Shown here one piece after another: positions 26,631-39,788 of a stretch of DNA of 64,000 bases; position 1 is the stretch's first letter; each line of letters starts with the position of its first letter. The notes under the pieces were generated by a model. That model was given only the letters and a program-made list of their open reading frames with translations. It was not told the origin of the DNA and ran no database searches. The stretch is taken from the NCBI GenBank assembly GCA_051362555.1, contig CM120645.1, positions 16,554,001 through 16,618,000 of the forward strand. The letters run 5' to 3'. This stretch comes from Lingula anatina (taxonomy: Eukaryota > Animalia > Brachiopoda). A program made the position numbers and the translations under genes.

Positions 26631-27770
26631 AATGGTCATAGTACAGTAGACTATGTAGCTTTATGACATAGTCACATACCTTGAGGTTATGGACATAGAT
26701 CTGTTGGATCATTTCCCCCTAGAATGTGTGCTGAACTGTAAAAATGAGAATGTAAACACTTATGCAAGCACCTCAGTTAATCTCACACCCTACTCCAAGT
26801 TTGTCTGGAGTGAGGAAGGAAAAGATGGATTCCTTGGAAAACTAAGCCATAAGGTGCCAAAGACCATGCTAAATGACTTCTAGGAATGTGTGCATGAAAA
26901 CATTGATGAAGCAGTGGATTTTATGGAGGACGTTATGCAAAGAGTGACAGGTGATATGAAAATGACCCACAAGATGCACAGAACGTTACATGATGGTTGG
27001 TTTGACAATAAATGCAGGTCCGCAAAGCATTATAAGAAATAGTTGTTGAGAAAATTCAGATGTACTTATGACAACACAGATCTAGAAACCTCCCGAAAAG
27101 CTGAAAAATCATGTAGAGAAATTTGTCGTAAAAAACAAAATAAGTGGAAAACAATGCAACAGAAAAATATTGAAAAGTCGAAACCTGATCCACTTGTATG
27201 TTGGAAATTAATCAGAGGGAAAAAGTGCTCGTCATCTAGTGCCGTAACTAGTGACCAGTATTTTGAATATTTTAAGCAACTATATAACCGCAGGCAACAG
27301 AAAGATCAAAATCAAAAGAGGTAAATCAAGATCTGGAAGAGCATAACTATTATTGTGAGCACTGTGCCAATGATGACCCTCGAGAACTTAATAAGAAGTC
27401 ACGAAGACAGTAAAAGATATGAAAAACAAAAAGGCGCCTGGGGTTGATGGTATTAGTGTAGAATATTCTATAAGAACTCACTCCATATAATCATATCATA
27501 TTTGAATATACTATTCAACAGCATTTTGGACCTAGGTGTATACCCAAAGAGATGGGTGTAGGCAGTACTCTATGCTGTTCAGAAGCAGGGACCACAAGAT
27601 ATCATGGACAACTATAGAGGAATATCCTTATTGATTGTATATAGCAAAATAGGATAGTAAAATGGGCAGAGAGGACAGGTAAATTACATAAAAACCAGTG
27701 TCCCTTTAGGACAGGTCCGTCAACTATTGATCAAATATTAACATTAAATGCTATCAAAGAAAAATGTCAA
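26631..27770 (+). mobile_element. Degenerate non-LTR retrotransposon (LINE) ORF2 fragment, APE endonuclease C-terminus to RT N-terminus
   Basis: Ordered motifs NGHSTVDYV, DHFPL, WFDNKC, KNKKAPGVDGISVE, DNYRGISLL, STIDQILTL, interrupted by stops and frameshifts. Confidence 0.85.
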
Positions 27771-28889
27771 TCACATCATGTCACATTATAATTTGAAAAA
27801 GTCGCCAGTTTTGCAAGGATTTCAGAAAGATTTTATCTCGAGTTTTGAGCTTAACCCTTGGGTCTGCAGTTAAACTGGTAGGTTCCATTGGCAAATTTCC
27901 ATTTAACAGTCTCACCTGTAAAACAAGTGGCAGTATTAATAGGATAAAGGAAACATGATAGGAAATCAATGGCAAGACACATTACTTAAATTAGGTTTCT
28001 AACAGATGTCACAAATTGAAAAGGTGCTCAAAAAGTATTTCTCAGCAATGGGGAATACCCGCTTTAAGGGTCTGCCGCTAGATGGCGTGGGGGTGAAAGC
28101 AGTCCTTCTTAAATCTCGCAGAATCTCGCTCACGGCTTTACACCAGAGTTTAACATGGAGCGTGTGCACGCGTCGCTGACAGTGGACCAACTCAAACGCA
28201 ATTTACTTGAATGTGGTGCCATAACATCTGGATGAAAATGTGAATTGACTGAAAGGTATGTGTTTTCTTTTCATTTAGTGCTTGAAAAACAAGAATGCTA
28301 ACTATTTTCCTTGAAAAAAATCGAACATTAGTCGAGGTGTGTGTGTCAAATCTGACATGTTATGTACATGTAGACTACTGTAGGTACGAGTAGGCCTACG
28401 CTCATATTTTGTTTTAGTAGCACGAAAGACGAAGATTTTTTATACTTAGTAAATGTACTTATTTTTTTTCTTTATAAGGTTACCCAAAGAAGGCCCATAT
28501 ATTGGGGGCAAAGCCTGAAACTGTCGATTTCAGGACCCCCAGGACAGCCAACTTCAAGAGCAGGATAAAATGATTACTTCAGGAATCTTACCCGTCACTT
28601 CACATCAGCGGCAAAGATTGATGTAGCCACCAGTTATGCCTACCCTAAAGCTGACTTACAGGCGGCTGTGATGGACAACAACTATTGCCAAGTGCCATGA
28701 AAACAATAATGCATGGATAGAGGGAATGATGTAAGTGAAAACAGAGGTCTAATATTAAGAATCAGGCCCAAATATGAGAAAGAATTATCAAACTAGGTGA
28801 TGTGTGACATCATAGAAATATAAAATTGTATCTTAACTATTTAATGCTGTAACCATCTACCATGCTTTAATGGGATATGACTATTTCAG

Positions 28890-29085
28890 GTTGAGGAACA
28901 AACAGCGAAGGACACTGAGCATAGCAAGTTACAACAAGGAAAGAGCGCAATCTGACACAAGGAGAGACAATGGCGGATCACTGCTTCCAGATTTGGAGAG
29001 ATAATGTCAGCTACAGAGAAGAAGTATATGAACAAACTGTATGAATAATTGTTGTGTCCAAAACCATTGCAGACACATGACAGTT
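28890..29085 (+). pseudogene. YqaJ/lambda-exonuclease-like domain relic of the transposon
   Basis: After a tttcag acceptor: QQGKSAI*HKERQWRITASRFGEIMSATEKKYMNKLYE*LLCPKPLQT. This fits the Q-x-x-S-x-x-W-x-x-x-R-x-x-RITAS-x-F motif with the Trp mutated to a stop. Confidence 0.8.
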
Positions 29086-29574
29086 GGACCCGGACCCGAT
29101 TTCCCCTTTTTGGAATGTGTATCTCGTGCACGAATCTGGGCCTAAAGAAAACCCGCGAATACTATACTAAGTTAGAAGGCCAGATGTTCATTACAAATCG
29201 CCCATTCTGCTATTTTGCTGTGTTTACATTCAAAGATCTGTTTGTGGGGTTGATTCATTCTGACGCTGGATATTTTTCTACATGTATTTTGCCCAGGATA
29301 ACTTTTTTTAATGAAAAACACTATAGGAAGTATGTGTCAACCAGTTTATAGAAAGTACCCCTGTATGAGATGGTTTTAGCTGCAATCATAATTTTGAAGT
29401 GCAATTTTAAAAAATGTTTTCACTAAAATGAAATAATTTGGTGGTGCTATATTCTTTACAAAAAGTACTTATGTGTTTATGCTGTTTTTAATAATATTTA
29501 ACTGTAATGAAAAAAACCCATGATGCTATTTTGTAAAGTATTTTAGCGGGATGAAATAAATTGCTAGTTGTATT

Positions 29575-30185
29575 TACAGCAAATAATTTGGTTTTTCTGC
29601 TTTTTAAAGAATTTTCAAAGTGATGACATAATGTGGTGGTTCTATTCAAGTAAAATAATTCATAAGTACTATTTTGTAAAAAGGAACAAAAAACTGTTAA
29701 TTTGTAAAATGTTTGCTTTCTTTAATTTTTATTTCTTAAACTGTTACAAAAAGTTTTCCATACCTACAGTAATCCTTTGGCTGAGAAATTGCAGCTATAT
29801 ATTCAGGAAAGTTATAGCACAAATAAATTATCTAAGTATTATATGGTTTCATGGTTTTTACTATGGACTGAATAATTATTTTGTTTAAATAAAATATTTG
29901 GTTTTGCTGCTTTTTAATGAATTTTCAGAGCGATGAAATAATATGGTGTTTCTACTCAAGTAAAACAATTCAGAAGTGCTATTTTGTAAAAAAAGAACAA
30001 AAACTGTTCATTTATAAAATGTTTTCTTTCTTTAAATTTTATTTCTTAAACTGTTACATAAAGATTTCCAAACATGCATTATTCCATTGGCTGAGAAATT
30101 GCATCTATACATGAACAAATAAATTATCTAACTATACCTAGTTTTATGATTCTTACGAGGTACTGAATAATGATTTTAAATAAAA
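29575..30185. repeat. Diverged AT-rich tandem repeat, about 310-bp period, 2 copies
   Basis: 29581-29760 aligns with 29891-30070 (e.g. ctattttgtaaaaa, tttatttcttaaactgttaca). Confidence 0.8.
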
Positions 30186-30529
30186 ATAATTATTTAATGA
30201 ACATTACCGGTCATGCTCAATACATCAATAAAAAAGGATATTACTTAATAACACAACCTTATGCGGGTAGTAGGCTACCGGGACTTATATATATTTACTG
30301 ACAACTCTTCTGAAATTACGGACATAAGAAAACGCACTTTGATAAATCATACTTCCTAGGGGCACTTTCTTGCTATGGAGCTCTCTTTCCAAAACTTTAT
30401 AAGTTTTGCCAAGATCAATTAACCTTTTTACGTGTATTCTTTTTGAGGCAACTCGTCTATCTTTAGGGGCCTAATTACTGTTCCTGGGTCAAGTTGTAAC
30501 TGACCCTTTAACATGGAAGGTGTGTTGAC

Positions 30530-30628
30530 ATGGGCAACCCTTCACTTCAAACGAAGCCCTGAATCCTCAAGAAAATTATGCCCACCTTGCCGACTTTGAC
30601 ATTCAGGTACACAACAATACTGAGGCAT
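30530..30628 (-). pseudogene. THAP zinc-finger N-terminus relic (transposase gene)
   Basis: MPQYCCVPECQSRQGGHNFLEDSGLRLK*RVA fits the THAP M-P-x-x-CCVP-x-C...H-x-F(P)-x-D-x-x-x-R-x-x-W pattern, with W mutated to a stop. Confidence 0.75.
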
Positions 30629-31859
30629 GTTTATTAAGGCCAGTACCACAGTCCAACGTATACAATATCCAACATGCCGACCTAGGAAGGACTGAATTCA
30701 CACTAGCGACACCTGGCGCCAAGCGGGCTGGTATTCCCCATTACAAGGGGTGCATGAAAGAAATTAAGAGCCAAAATTGAAATTGATATTACAAAAGACA
30801 GCAATCTGAAACTGTATCCCTGGATAAAACCTTTCAATTCCATTTGTTCTCTTTTTTCTCAAATTTATACTTGTTTTTGAAGAAAATAATACAAAATTCA
30901 CACATTAAAACCCTTTTGCTGCTTTAATCAATTTTGTTACACATTACTAGCACTTCATGAATCAGTTCCTACGAATATGAATTATTGCATACATTCATAC
31001 TGAAGCAAACATTTTTTTCTCCCTTATTCTTTTTCCAAATTTGATGAACACTGTGAATGATGTTGCTCCAATATAATAATCTCAAATCCCATCAATTTTG
31101 ACTGTCATGCTGCAATTCCTATCTATGTGCAAAAAATGTTTTAACTGCATGGACATTAATTCAACTAGTAAAACATGTTGTTTTAATTACCCCCAACTAC
31201 TTTATTATAATCAATTTTTCTTTTTTTAAAATTCAACTAATTGGGTTAAAATCTTCATATCCCTATCAACTTCCATTCACCCTCATCAATAACCATTTGA
31301 AGAAAAATGGACCTTTTCAAATTTCTTTCCTTTATTATGAACTGAATCTCTTCCAGTCATTTGTTAAAAGTGTTGTTCTGTTAAGCATGAGCCCAGCATA
31401 TTCATCAGCAATTTGCAAATTACTACATATACAATGTGGCCCCATGACAGAAAATATAATTGTTGTTGGGTCTGAAGTAACCTTTATATGGAGATTAGAA
31501 ACAACAATCATGCAAGAATGCAATTAAGTTCCCCTGCCTATTAAGTCTCACACTAGTGAACATCGATACACCATTTGACATCAAATTGATTCAGATTTCA
31601 ATAGTGGCAGGATGCTGGGAATCTCAGAGTGCAAAACTTTTCATACCCATAGGCACCTAATAAAATTAATTCAAAGAAATTTGAGAGAAGTTGTAGCCAA
31701 TGTATCCCAGTCATTTACAAGACAATTATATACATGTATGTATTCCTTCGATAAGTGGCCCTCCAGGGCAGTGAGCAGAAGGTTAGGTTGTTTGCAAGAT
31801 GCTTCAGAGATTCAATTGCAATATTCCAACTTTCTACCTGTATACCTTCTGATGTAAGT

Positions 31860-31862
<3 letters not shown>

Positions 31863-31947
<85 letters not shown>

Positions 31948-31975
31948 TTTTCTTTTTCTTTTTTTTTTTTTTTTT
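31863..31975. repeat. (AT)n plus poly-T tract
   Basis: Seen directly. It is the source of several spurious IYIY ORFs. Confidence 0.95.
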
Positions 31976-33592
31976 GTTATTGTTGTTAAAACATTGTGGG
32001 GCGCTGTCCTATCAATTATGGGTGTCACAAGTAAAATCACAAATCACAAAATGCTGTTCTGCGATATTGTATTTGACTAAGTACCTTTCTAGAAATTTGA
32101 TATTTGATTTATTGTGAACTCTCAAATGATCACTTTTCAAAAGTGATATATGAAACAGGATATCCTCTCAGGAAGGGATAAACAGGTGGATGGAGATTTG
32201 TTTTCACCTGAGAATACACTTCTCTGTTTTTATCATTGTTCACAGAGACAGTAAACTACTCTGTTTTCATCATTGCTCCATGGAGACAACTGATTCAGCA
32301 ATGATGCTTTGGATAAAGCAAATCCAAATCTACAGTTATGAATGCGCATAGATCAAAAATAATTCATGGTATCTTATGTAATACTCTTAATTAGAATTTT
32401 AACTTGCAGAAAACAAATGTTTGCAAAAAGAACAATTGGATATCTAAGACAACAAACCAGTGGGTATTTTTTTTAGATTGGTTTTAAAACCAACAAACCC
32501 CATTTTGCTTCAGGCACCAACGTAAATTCACGCATGTATGTGAACAATCCAAAGAAACCTCCAGAGGTATCTTAAGTGAAAGTTTTGACCATCACGTTTC
32601 CTGGTCGAGGTGAGATAAGTCGTCTCACAGGATTAGAAATACCAACAGAGAGATGCAAGAACTAATTACATGAGAACAGCTCTGATATTTGTGAGATTAA
32701 ACTGGGTACCCCCTGTTCATTTTGATCAGAACGTTTGAACTTCCTGTACTATACCATCATACATGTATAGGAACAGTGCACCATCTGTATCTTCATCCAT
32801 CCAATTATATCACTTGGGATTATCAGAATGATTGCCTTCAAAATCAATGATCTATATTGCTTTGTACATAAATTTTAATCAATCCTGGTAATCATCACAT
32901 TTTCTGCATGATACCTGCATGTTTAAACATCAATTACCAGCTATTAAGTAAAAAAAAGGACATGAGATGATCCACACGTGGAATCCATACACAAAATGGA
33001 GATAAAAAAAGTCGACTCAATTACTGGTAGGGGCAAAATATGGGGAATTAGCAAAATAAAATGTCATATTGTAGATACTATTATCTTTTCATCTTGATAA
33101 TTCATTGTGAATGTATTTTACAATAGCATTAACCCTGAAGTCCATTCCCTATCAGATCTCTGATTAATTTTCATCCAAATGCAGAAAAGGACGTTTATCT
33201 GACCAAAGATACTGAACCAGTTTCTGTCTAAGAGCAGAATGTCATTTATCACATTTTATTTCATCATTATTCTAATTTCATAGGTTACTCTATCTTTTTC
33301 TGAGAAAATGCCTTTTATTTTAGTCATTGTCTTGACATTTGATGCATTGTAAGGTTATCAAGCAATAACATTTTATAGGAAAACCAGAAATTAGATTATT
33401 TATATGCTGGCAATGATGATAAATCTTCATAAAAATTATCAAGATAAGCTGAAGGCTTATAAAAATATTGTAGATACTTAAATTGGATGATGCCTCTTTG
33501 ACCAAATAATTTTTCTGTAATGTATACCAAATTTAAGGAAAAACTGACACAAATTTAAAATTGCAAAATTAAGCTAGTATTCAAATTATTTA

Positions 33593-33807
33593 GACCCCAT
33601 TTCCAGAGATAAGATCGATCAACTTTAGATCGACCTAACTCCCTGGGGATTCACGCTAAATAGCTGTCAGCCGGGCGGACACGAAAGTTAATTACCCCCT
33701 TACAGCTTGTAGTAGGCGGGACGGACATTTAAGCCGGATTATCTGACAGTAATCTAGTGAGACTCCCCGCGGGGATAGATCGATCTAAAAGCTCTGGGAA
33801 TACAGCC
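33593..33807. mobile_element. Family A MITE copy
   Basis: 215 bp, same orientation as copy 1, flanks tta/ata. Confidence 0.85.
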
Positions 33808-36353
33808 ATACTCTAGCAGCTACACTCAGTTTGAAAAGACAGCAGGAATCTTTAGAGAAAGATTCTTTACAATGCCAATGTCTCATATATGTGGCAATTT
33901 TATTAAATACTAACCAAAAAAACTTACCCTGTTGATTTTTTTTTCTTTTGGCATTATGATAAACTTCTGTGGTGGCTTAAAATCATTTTCTTTGGTTTTT
34001 AGTTTCATTGACCAATCAAGGTGACAACTGAGATCCAGTACAGCAAATCAGGCAATTAAGGTCAGAGCATTTAAATGCTTTGATTACTGTCAGAGATTTG
34101 GCAAGGACTTGTTAAGTGGCAGTGATACGCAGTTGCAAACAATGACCAACCCAGTAATTATCATTGAGATTTCAGAACAGGGTCACAGCAGAGAACTGTG
34201 TCATGAATTAGCCACAGATATATCTGTGAATATCTTCAACCTTGGTAGTAGGTATCAAAAAATTTTTTTCAGGTGACATTCTGAATTTTGTTGTCTTCAA
34301 AACCTTACTCCTACAATGCCTTGCTGATATAAGCCTTTATAGGTTACTGTATACACAAACTAATTTTACTTCTGACAACAAAAGATGTTATGTTTTCATC
34401 AGCCTGGGTTTGTTTGTGAGTTTGTCTGCTTGTTGGTGGAATAGGTTCCTTAAAAGGCTCTTTATAACTTTTGATAAATTTTCAGGAGAGACAGCTGTTA
34501 TTCTGAAAAGAAGGAAATGATTGCAATTTCAACTGAATCTTGGTATCCTTATATCTTCTAAAAAGTTTATTGCTTTTTCCTTGCCAAAGGTCTGTCCCCT
34601 TTATTAAAATTAATACAGTTTATATATTTTGATAAAGGAATAATCTAATAAATTAAATTATCATCATTCACAATCCTTGATTAATTTAATACAAAAATGT
34701 CCCTTCTACTTTCATGCAGTTTTTCTTAAACTTTGTATGCATACGGGTACTGCCAAGGTTAGCCAAAAAATTCTTATATTTACTGCTTTATACATTTATT
34801 GGAAAATAGATCTTCATTGCTTATTGATTAAATTCCTTAGCATTTACACAAATGCGATGCTATTGATGATGTAATAAATGCAATTTTGGGTAAAAAAAAG
34901 GCAAAATTGGTTTCTCAAATTTCTTCTTCACCTGAGCACCCAGGAACACCATGTCAATGCCAACTTAATGATACCATTGAGTATTTCAAAACCCTAGCAC
35001 CAATTTTTTCATAAAAGCCTTTGTTCTGGTCTTATTGTTTGTAAAGCAAAATAGAGCCTTTGTTCAATGATACATAATTGTTATTAACTCCATGACAAAA
35101 ACACTTTAAACCAAAATGATGGCACAGGATTGAAGCCCATTCACTTGTCATTACCTATGCCAATTTTTGTGATAAAATTTTGTTCAAGGATGAATGCCCC
35201 ATACTGATTGCCATCTCACCTAAGCAACAAGAAATATAAACACCGATATTTTATGTTTTATATTGTTGGGGGATTATTGAAAAAATAGATGGATGCAGGA
35301 AAAACCTAGTTTTTGTTATCTGAATGATCAGTACCCTTAAGAACTTGTTATATAGAGATGTCAGGATGCAGAGTAGTTGCTTATTAGACATAACTGTCCG
35401 TTATTATAGTGTAAAAATCAGCAGTGTGATAGCTTTACTAGGACTGTCTCCTTATTACGTCCAATTAGAGAATTGCCTTCAATCTGCAACATTAACCCAC
35501 TTTGATAATTTAATAATGCCATGATGAAACAGATTAGGCTGTCTGTCGTAATAGCTTGTGTATGTGATCAAGTCACAATATACCATGCTGCACAAAAAAG
35601 CACATTTTGTTGTGGAATGGAACAAGATCACATTTGGTAACATGTGCAGGAAGGCAAGAAAATGAACAATTGGAAGCCTTATCTAAGCAACCATATTGCA
35701 AGAGAGATGAAGTTCTTACAAGTCCATAACTGACAGAAGTGACATCAATCTTGTGTAGAATAAAGTATTTTTTCCATAAGTATCCTGTTTTTGGACCAAG
35801 AAATTCTTACTAGATATGAACCTTTTTAAAGCCAAATTCTAATCTCAGCAGAATATTTTTTGTGGTCTTGAAGCAAAATGTGATGCAGCAGTCAAGACCA
35901 AACATTGATGAAACACTGTTCCAATTAATAGATTATTGGTTGCGGTGTTTATTTTACCTGTGACCTTGATTCTAATTTGCCCAGTAGATTGACTGGCCCT
36001 TGTTTTGCCACCATTTGATTTAATTCTGGCAAGACATGTTGGTTTCTATTGACTATATGTCAACTGACCCTACCCTGAATTTCGAGGGACATTGGAAAGT
36101 CATGATGACTGGTCCAGATAGCAGATATAAATCTATGTGGTATGTCATATTTGACTTATCATGTACCAGTAGGCATCAATCAACAAATTGTAATTGATTG
36201 AATTACACATAATTATTATATCCTTGACAGAATGCAAATTCCAGATCAATGCCATTAACACTACCTAAAAGTCTACAAGAAACTTATTTTAATGAGTTTA
36301 CAAATAGACATCTCAATAAAAAAACACACGAGTAATGGGTCCTGACAGCTTAA

Positions 36354-36690
36354 AGGGATAATAACTCTTCGTTTTGGCCAAAAAATGAATTTTCCTGGAG
36401 TAAACAACAATTTTCCCATACTTACCAATGGTTAATGAATCCATTTTTGCATTCAAAGTTAGTCCCTGTTTTTTTTCTAAAAAGTTTGGTTTTTTGTTAA
36501 AATCTCTTAAGAGATTATAAGAGAGTACAGCCATCAGTGGAAGTCACGTGATCTGAAGACAAGTTCAGATATCAGAATAATAGCTATAACTGCTGTTTTT
36601 GTGGCAAAACAGAATATATTATATTTCTATGAGTTGTTAACAATGTTTTTATTGTGAAATAAAGATATCATACGAAGAGTTATTATCCCT
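36354..36690. mobile_element. Kolobok-like MITE (TTAA TSD)
   Basis: Perfect TIR AGGGATAATAACTCTTCGT / ACGAAGAGTTATTATCCCT flanked by TTAA/TTAA. Confidence 0.85.
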
Positions 36691-39510
36691 TTAAATACAA
36701 GCATCCCAAATTAGAAGTGCACCTCAAAAGACTGATATAAAGAAATATTTAATTCAATCAAGAAATCTACCAATATGTGGTTAATAATTGACAACTTAAA
36801 ATAATGAACTGATGTTTAACTTGGAACAAAACGTAAAGCCACACAAAGTAGGACTTAAAATGCATTCCAAGTGCATGGATTGCTTCTTGTTGAACTTATC
36901 TGAGGACAATCAAAACATTTAAATATAAAATGACAGATTAATGGCCTTAATCAATATCGCAAAAAAACAAAAAAAAATTGTATTCACAGTCCCCTTCCCA
37001 TCCTTGGTAGTCAACCATCTTGACACAGTTTGAAAAGAGCATAATTTACAGCACGAGAGGCTGGTAATATCTGGAAATCGAGTCAATGGAAATGAATGGG
37101 GTATACTTAAAACCTCCGCTTATGTGCTGGGTACGTGTGATCTTTGGCTTTTTCCAAAATTGTTACAGACTTATGGTGAGTGTCAGGAATGTAAGACTAA
37201 AAGTTAGTAAATCCAGGGAGAATTATGTTTACCCAGAGATAATTCATTAAATATGAAATTTGGTACCAAATTCCTCCTTAGTGCACCTTTAACAGGCGTG
37301 TTTCAAAACTAAAGCAGTTGGTAAAAATTTTGTACCAAAATGTTCCTTATATTGAGAGAGATAACTCTTAATTATGACAAACTCAAGTGAGATCTATCGT
37401 GATTTTAATAATTAATTGACCATGAAATCACAATGTTATCCAAAATATAGTATGGTGTGACCAGGCAAGAGGTGACTAGGTTTTGTAGGGGATATTTTTT
37501 ATCTTTCACTATTCCTGCACAAACTTTTTAAAAGCATGCCTGTTCAAGGCTTTCATCCCAACACTTGGGACTTCATCTGTCACACTAATATCAGGAAAAA
37601 GTGTATAGTGTCCAGTCTTGTGACTGACAATACACAAATAACCATCTATCAGGATTTCTTGGTTTGATTATTTTTGGCAGAATTTACCATTCCACTTACC
37701 ATTCCTGGTATCAGCACCTACCACAAATTTTGAACTATTAAAGTCTCATACTCAGGGTGCTTAAACTGGGCATACTGTCGATACATATATGCTCAAAACT
37801 TTAAATATAAAAGACAGTCAAATATCACAGTCACCTGACATTAATGAAAGTAATTGGCAAATAAGTGAAGTAGATTACCCTATTCCCATAGAACTTTGCA
37901 AGTGATAAATCAGGAATCAATACACAGAAAAGAGACATTTATTTACTAAAACTCTCCTTATCTGAGCAAAAAAAACAAAAAAAACAGAGCCTGACAAAAT
38001 TTCAGACTAAGTTATCTCAATTTATTTCAATTTCAATTTGTTGATTATAGTAACTGCATTCCACACACACTGACCTGGTCCCCTTACCAAGTAATTCATA
38101 TTGTTTAGAATTTTCAAGCTATCTGTATTCATTACTAAAGTATGTTCTACGTTGTTGAAAAGTTTCATCATGCTGTTATATCATTCCAACAGTTCTCGTT
38201 TTGCCTGATGAAGACTGTAAGCAAAAAAATCAACCAACAGACACTGCACTGGTGACCACTGTTTATGTATAAACAGAAATTATTAATAAGCAGATTTTAT
38301 ACAAATGAAAACTGAATGCTGAATGAACTGTCAGTACATAATTTATTACCGTTCACTTGATCAAAATTAATATCTATTTTTGTAACTCTATACAAAAAGA
38401 ATGATATGAAGATGCGCCAGATGTTTATAACTTATTGATGGGTCTAAATATACACTAGTGTACACCAGGTATCAGGATGTCATGGAATTAAATAACTAAA
38501 TCAATATACCTGTACCATGTATCCTTTCTTTGTTTGGAACATGTATCTAGAAGATCTAGTCACTGGCATCTTCTTTTAATGTTGGCAGACCACATTGTGT
38601 TAGCTGAATCTGGACAATTAGATTTAAAAATGATTATTTAAAGTGCTTCTTGGTGCTTACCAGCAGCTCCTTACTTGTACTTGTCAATAGTTGATTCCAT
38701 ACAGGGAAAGCATACAAGGAAAAAGCATTTGATTGCATAAAAAATGTGATACCATTTCTTGTTCCCAATGCTGTTCTGGATTTGCCAATTTGAGGAAAAT
38801 GCCTACAGTGATTTTCACTGAGTCTGACAAAAGTCTAAAAGTCAATAAATGTACCTCAGAGCAATCAATGTCAACAACTACACAACTTTAACATAAAGTT
38901 TTAAAAAATTAAAACTATCATTCTGTTCTCTTTGACATGATCTTGAATGCGTACATTAGAAAATAACATCTTTCATCTCTAACTGATTCAAACAACACAG
39001 TTACATTCTTCCAAAAAAATCTGGACATACATTTGAGAACAGTGGAAACAAATGTAGGGCTAATTCAATTTGTGGGAATTGCTGATAATTTATGAATAAA
39101 TACATGAAATAAGATTCTGTTAATGCAGTGGTTAGGCAAACTAATATATATTGCAATACTGTGAGCTCATGACTTTCAGTAATAATTTCTAGATGGTTTT
39201 CTTTTAGAAACATTCCGGGTAATTTTTTTTATCTGAAACACATATACCAGTACCTGAACTGCTAAAAAATGCCATCTAAGAAAAAGTATTATATGAAGTA
39301 TTCAACTGATACCCACAACTGTTCAAATCCATAAGCTTCACATACAGCTTTCTGAGTACCTATGAGTTAAATGATTAATAAGTCATATTACCGCAACCCA
39401 TTTTTTTATCAACAGCCTCACCTTCATGTCTGTTCACAGTAGACATTATTGTATTTGTTGAAACACAGTTGGGAAATGTTCACGATATAGATATAATATT
39501 CTCTGAGGCT

Positions 39511-39788
39511 GCATGCTTTCACAAAAGAGCTATACTGACTTTAACCCAAAAATGGGTTTTAACTTTAAGACCAAAGATTTTAGCCTACATGAGTTCCAGA
39601 TAAACCCATAGACATTCATTGGAACCAAGTGCATCTTGGCCTAAAACATAAGGTACGTATTTCCTGTTACAAAACATTCCACTTAATTTAAGTGCTTTAA
39701 CTTGGGTTGAAAAAGACATAATTTTTAGTCTATTTTTAAGTTTAAATCAGATTTTGGACTATATATAGCTCTTTTATGAAACTGCATG
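39511..39788. mobile_element. Degenerate MITE with terminal inverted repeats
   Basis: tttcacaaaagagctata ... tatagctcttttatgaaa, with weaker inner symmetry. Confidence 0.55.

Larger units (their letters stand above)
28050..30739. mobile_element. Decayed ISL2EU-like (PIF/Harbinger-related) DNA transposon
   Basis: TIR GGGGAATACC / GGTATTCCCC with AT/AT TSD. Contains a YqaJ exonuclease relic on + and a THAP relic on -. Confidence 0.8.

Noticed and set aside
31755-32117. IYIYIY/FFFF ORFs (also 11711-11899)
   Set aside because: Translations of microsatellites.
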